Below are positions 61,756 to 64,000 of a stretch of 64,000 bases of DNA, piece after piece (position 1 is the first letter of the stretch; the number at the start of each line of letters is the position of its first letter). Both the position numbers and the translations under genes were made by a program. The notes beneath the pieces were generated by a model, which saw only the letters and a list, made by a program, of their open reading frames with translations, did no database searches and was not told where the DNA came from. The DNA comes from Nitrospirota bacterium (GTDB lineage: Bacteria > Nitrospirota > Thermodesulfovibrionia > Thermodesulfovibrionales > Dissulfurispiraceae): assembly GCA_040758355.1 (NCBI GenBank), contig JBFLWF010000008.1:1-64000 (forward strand), written 5' to 3'.

Positions 61756-63598
61756 ATTCTTCTCCCTCCGCTTTCATTGGAATTTTAAGACTTACCCTTG
61801 TGCCACAGTCCGGCGCTGAATGTATTTCCAAGCTGCCTCCCATGAGTGATGCCCTTTCCTTCATGCCTAAAAGCCCTAACCCCCTAAAGTCCTTTCTTGC
61901 ATGAACGGCCTGCTGGAAAAGGGTTTTGACATCGAAACCCTGGCCGTCGTCCTCTATCTCCAGGATTATATGATTGCTGTCTGCCTTGAAATTCACAAAG
62001 ACATTTTCTGCGGCTGCATGGCGTGAGATGTTCGCAATCGCCTCCTGTATAATCCTGAAGAGCCTTATCTCTATATCCTGACTGAACCGTTTGTCTTTAG
62101 CCCCGGTGATATTGTAAAAGATGTTTGTCCCTTTTTCTCCCAAATGGATGTCGAGGAGCCATTTAATTGCTGCTTCCAGTCCAAGGTCATCGAGAAGGGA
62201 TGGCCTGAGGTTTTGTATGGCTGTATTGAGTCCATCGAGGGTTTTGAGAACTATTTCCCGGATGCCGTCAATTTTATTTGCCGAAATCTGTTCAGGATAG
62301 AGCTTGCACATATCGATCTTCATGAGAAGCGCCGAGAGGTCCTGTATTGTATCGTCATGGAGGTTTCGCGCTATCCTCTTCCTTTCCTCTTCCTCTGTGG
62401 AGATTATCTTGTTTAGCAGGTTCTCGATCCTCTGCTGGCCTTCTTTTATTTTTCGCGTCCTCTCCCTGACCCTTTTTTCAAGCTCCAGGTTATAATTTTT
62501 TATGCTCTCGATGGACCTGTCAAGTTTTTCCCTCATGATCTCAAAACTCCGGCTTAAGACCCCTATCTCGTCGCTGCCCTGAACCGCAACAGGCTCTGAA
62601 AGGTCTCCCCTTGATATCCGGTCTGTTGCCTTTATCAATTCCTTTATTGGATCGACCACGCTCCTGCTTATCCCCATTGCGAGCATAAATGCAGTCCCTA
62701 TAAAGATCGCTCCGAGGGTGACAAAGGTCTTCTTCATATGCATGGAAGGCTCAAAGACATCGACTTCGGGTTCCTGTATGGATATGCCCCATGGCGCCAT
62801 TTCGAGGGGTACGAATGCCACGACATTTGTGGATTTCTTTCTCTTCTCCTGATCATGGCATTGGTGGCATGTTGTTACGCGTTCTCTCTTTGAATTTATT
62901 ATGGTGCTGAAGAATTTGTTGTAGTCGCAGTATGTGAGCGTGCGGGAAGGCTTTGATGAGGCTATGACTATGCCGTTGGAGTCTATGATGTCTATGAATG
63001 TATTCTCCCCTATATCGGTAAACCTCAGCATATTTGTGAGGATCGGATTGGTGGGATCGACCTCGCCTCCTGCTATTCCCACATGGTTTCCGTTTTTGTC
63101 CTTGAGCGGCACCAGTACAAACAGCACCTTTCTATTTGCCGTATCGCTGCTGTAGATGTTTGATACAACAGGCCTTCCCGTTGCGATCATCCTGCTTATG
63201 GGCTCGATGCTCAACAGATTGAGGTTGGTATCCTTTATTTTCTCCGGATAATTCAGGATGACATTTCCTCCTTTATCGAGGAGGAATATTCCATCGGTGA
63301 ATATGGAATACCTGTATGCGTTATTAAGGGCTTCCCTTTCGGGGGTCAGGTCATTGTCGTTGAGATTTACGCTTCCTGTCAGGGATATGTCGTACAGGCG
63401 GTTTATATTCTCTTTTATGATGTTGTCTATATTGTTTCTGATGAGACGTGCGAGGGCGAGCTTTTTATTCAGGGAATCCTCGATGTTTTTCTCGATGATA
63501 TAGTAACTGACAATGCCAAGGCTTAATAAGATTATGGACATGCCCAGCGTTACTGCCAGGGTTATCCTCTTTCGCAAACTCCCTTTTTCTTCACCCAT
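61748..63598 (-). CDS. NarX-type (HisKA_3) histidine kinase with Cache and HAMP domains and a periplasmic CxxCH motif
   Basis: EEERKRIARNLHD, EAIANI, DDGQGF and GLLGMKER motifs; TCHQCH between the two TM segments. Confidence 0.9.
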   Translation of the reverse strand: MGEEKGSLRKRITLAVTLGMSIILLSLGIVSYYIIEKNIEDSLNKKLALARLIRNNIDNIIKENINRLYDISLTGSVNLNDNDLTPEREALNNAYRYSIFTDGIFLLDKGGNVILNYPEKIKDTNLNLLSIEPISRMIATGRPVVSNIYSSDTANRKVLFVLVPLKDKNGNHVGIAGGEVDPTNPILTNMLRFTDIGENTFIDIIDSNGIVIASSKPSRTLTYCDYNKFFSTIINSKRERVTTCHQCHDQEKRKKSTNVVAFVPLEMAPWGISIQEPEVDVFEPSMHMKKTFVTLGAIFIGTAFMLAMGISRSVVDPIKELIKATDRISRGDLSEPVAVQGSDEIGVLSRSFEIMREKLDRSIESIKNYNLELEKRVRERTRKIKEGQQRIENLLNKIISTEEEERKRIARNLHDDTIQDLSALLMKIDMCKLYPEQISANKIDGIREIVLKTLDGLNTAIQNLRPSLLDDLGLEAAIKWLLDIHLGEKGTNIFYNITGAKDKRFSQDIEIRLFRIIQEAIANISRHAAAENVFVNFKADSNHIILEIEDDGQGFDVKTLFQQAVHARKDFRGLGLLGMKERASLMGGSLEIHSAPDCGTRVSLKIPMKAEGEEYV

Positions 63599-63634
63599 GA
63601 TGGAATTATAAAGCAAAAATCTAAAAATACAACT

Positions 63635-64000
63635 TTAGGATAAATGTTCATTGACTTCTAAACTTTCATCTATCATGGCATCTATCATGGCATCTATGGG
63701 TCTGCCTTCCATTCGTGCGAGCTCGACAGGATGCTCACGGAGCATCCTGTCCCTCGATATCGAACCTGTGAATATGCTCTTGTCGATGGGAAATATCTCG
63801 GGGCTGAATATGGAGTTGTAGATATGCCAGAGGGCAATAATGAGGAACATCAGAAATCCCTGATTGGTGTGCATCACCTTTGCGGCAGGGATGATCTCCC
63901 CGGGCAGGAACCGTGTGAGAAAGGCAGGGAGCCAGAGTATAATGCCTGTCATAATCATCAGGACTGCACTGATGATCACCCCCCAGTATTCGAATTTCTG
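63635..64000 (-). CDS. 3' part of a cytochrome b (FdnI/Ni-hydrogenase b-type) membrane protein
   Basis: QKFEYWG...TG...H...WHIY...EHP; ORF is open at the window end. Confidence 0.75.
   Translation of the reverse strand, partial: QKFEYWGVIISAVLMIMTGIILWLPAFLTRFLPGEIIPAAKVMHTNQGFLMFLIIALWHIYNSIFSPEIFPIDKSIFTGSISRDRMLREHPVELARMEGRPIDAMIDAMIDESLEVNEHLS

Noticed and set aside
63667..63697. 12-bp tandem duplication (IDAMIDAMID) near the cytochrome b C-terminus
   Set aside because: A simple local in-frame duplication, unrelated to the heptamer families.

Overview
A mostly housekeeping 64-kb chromosomal segment from an anaerobic Gram-negative bacterium. Gene content and protein style suggest Nitrospirota/Thermodesulfovibrionia, which is an inference. 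Core genes: yicC-remA-gmk-rpoZ-coaBC; peptidase-efp-accBC-thiE-livK; rpmH-yidD-yidC with no rnpA; leuS-lptE-holA; mnmA, mnmE, tgt; nrdJ; trpEGD; mfd; System II cytochrome c biogenesis genes; glnE; a peptide ABC transporter; a heme-motif two-component system; and three tRNAs (Leu-CAA, Gly-GCC, Cys-GCA). Accessory DNA: the left end of an IS3-family element plus an MNT-HEPN toxin-antitoxin pair at the window start, and a ~5 kb defence island (PIN TA, ATPase-TOPRIM, N4-C methylase plus MvaI/BcnI-like nuclease). The most unusual signals lie below gene level. (1) About a dozen short 7-nt (one 8-nt) tandem arrays from several sequence families sit in-frame in variable loops or signal peptides of conserved proteins, with related intergenic hairpins. 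(2) Several long palindromic MITE/REP-like elements occur, one in-frame inside mnmE and one apparently supplying the start codon of lptE. (3) A three-hairpin, C-rich-loop sRNA candidate follows a leaderless tetR gene. (4) Methylase 5' stubs bracket the restriction-modification cassette. (5) A solute-binding protein carries a permease N-terminus. (6) About ten genes look leaderless. All product calls come from motif recognition by eye; no database searches were run.
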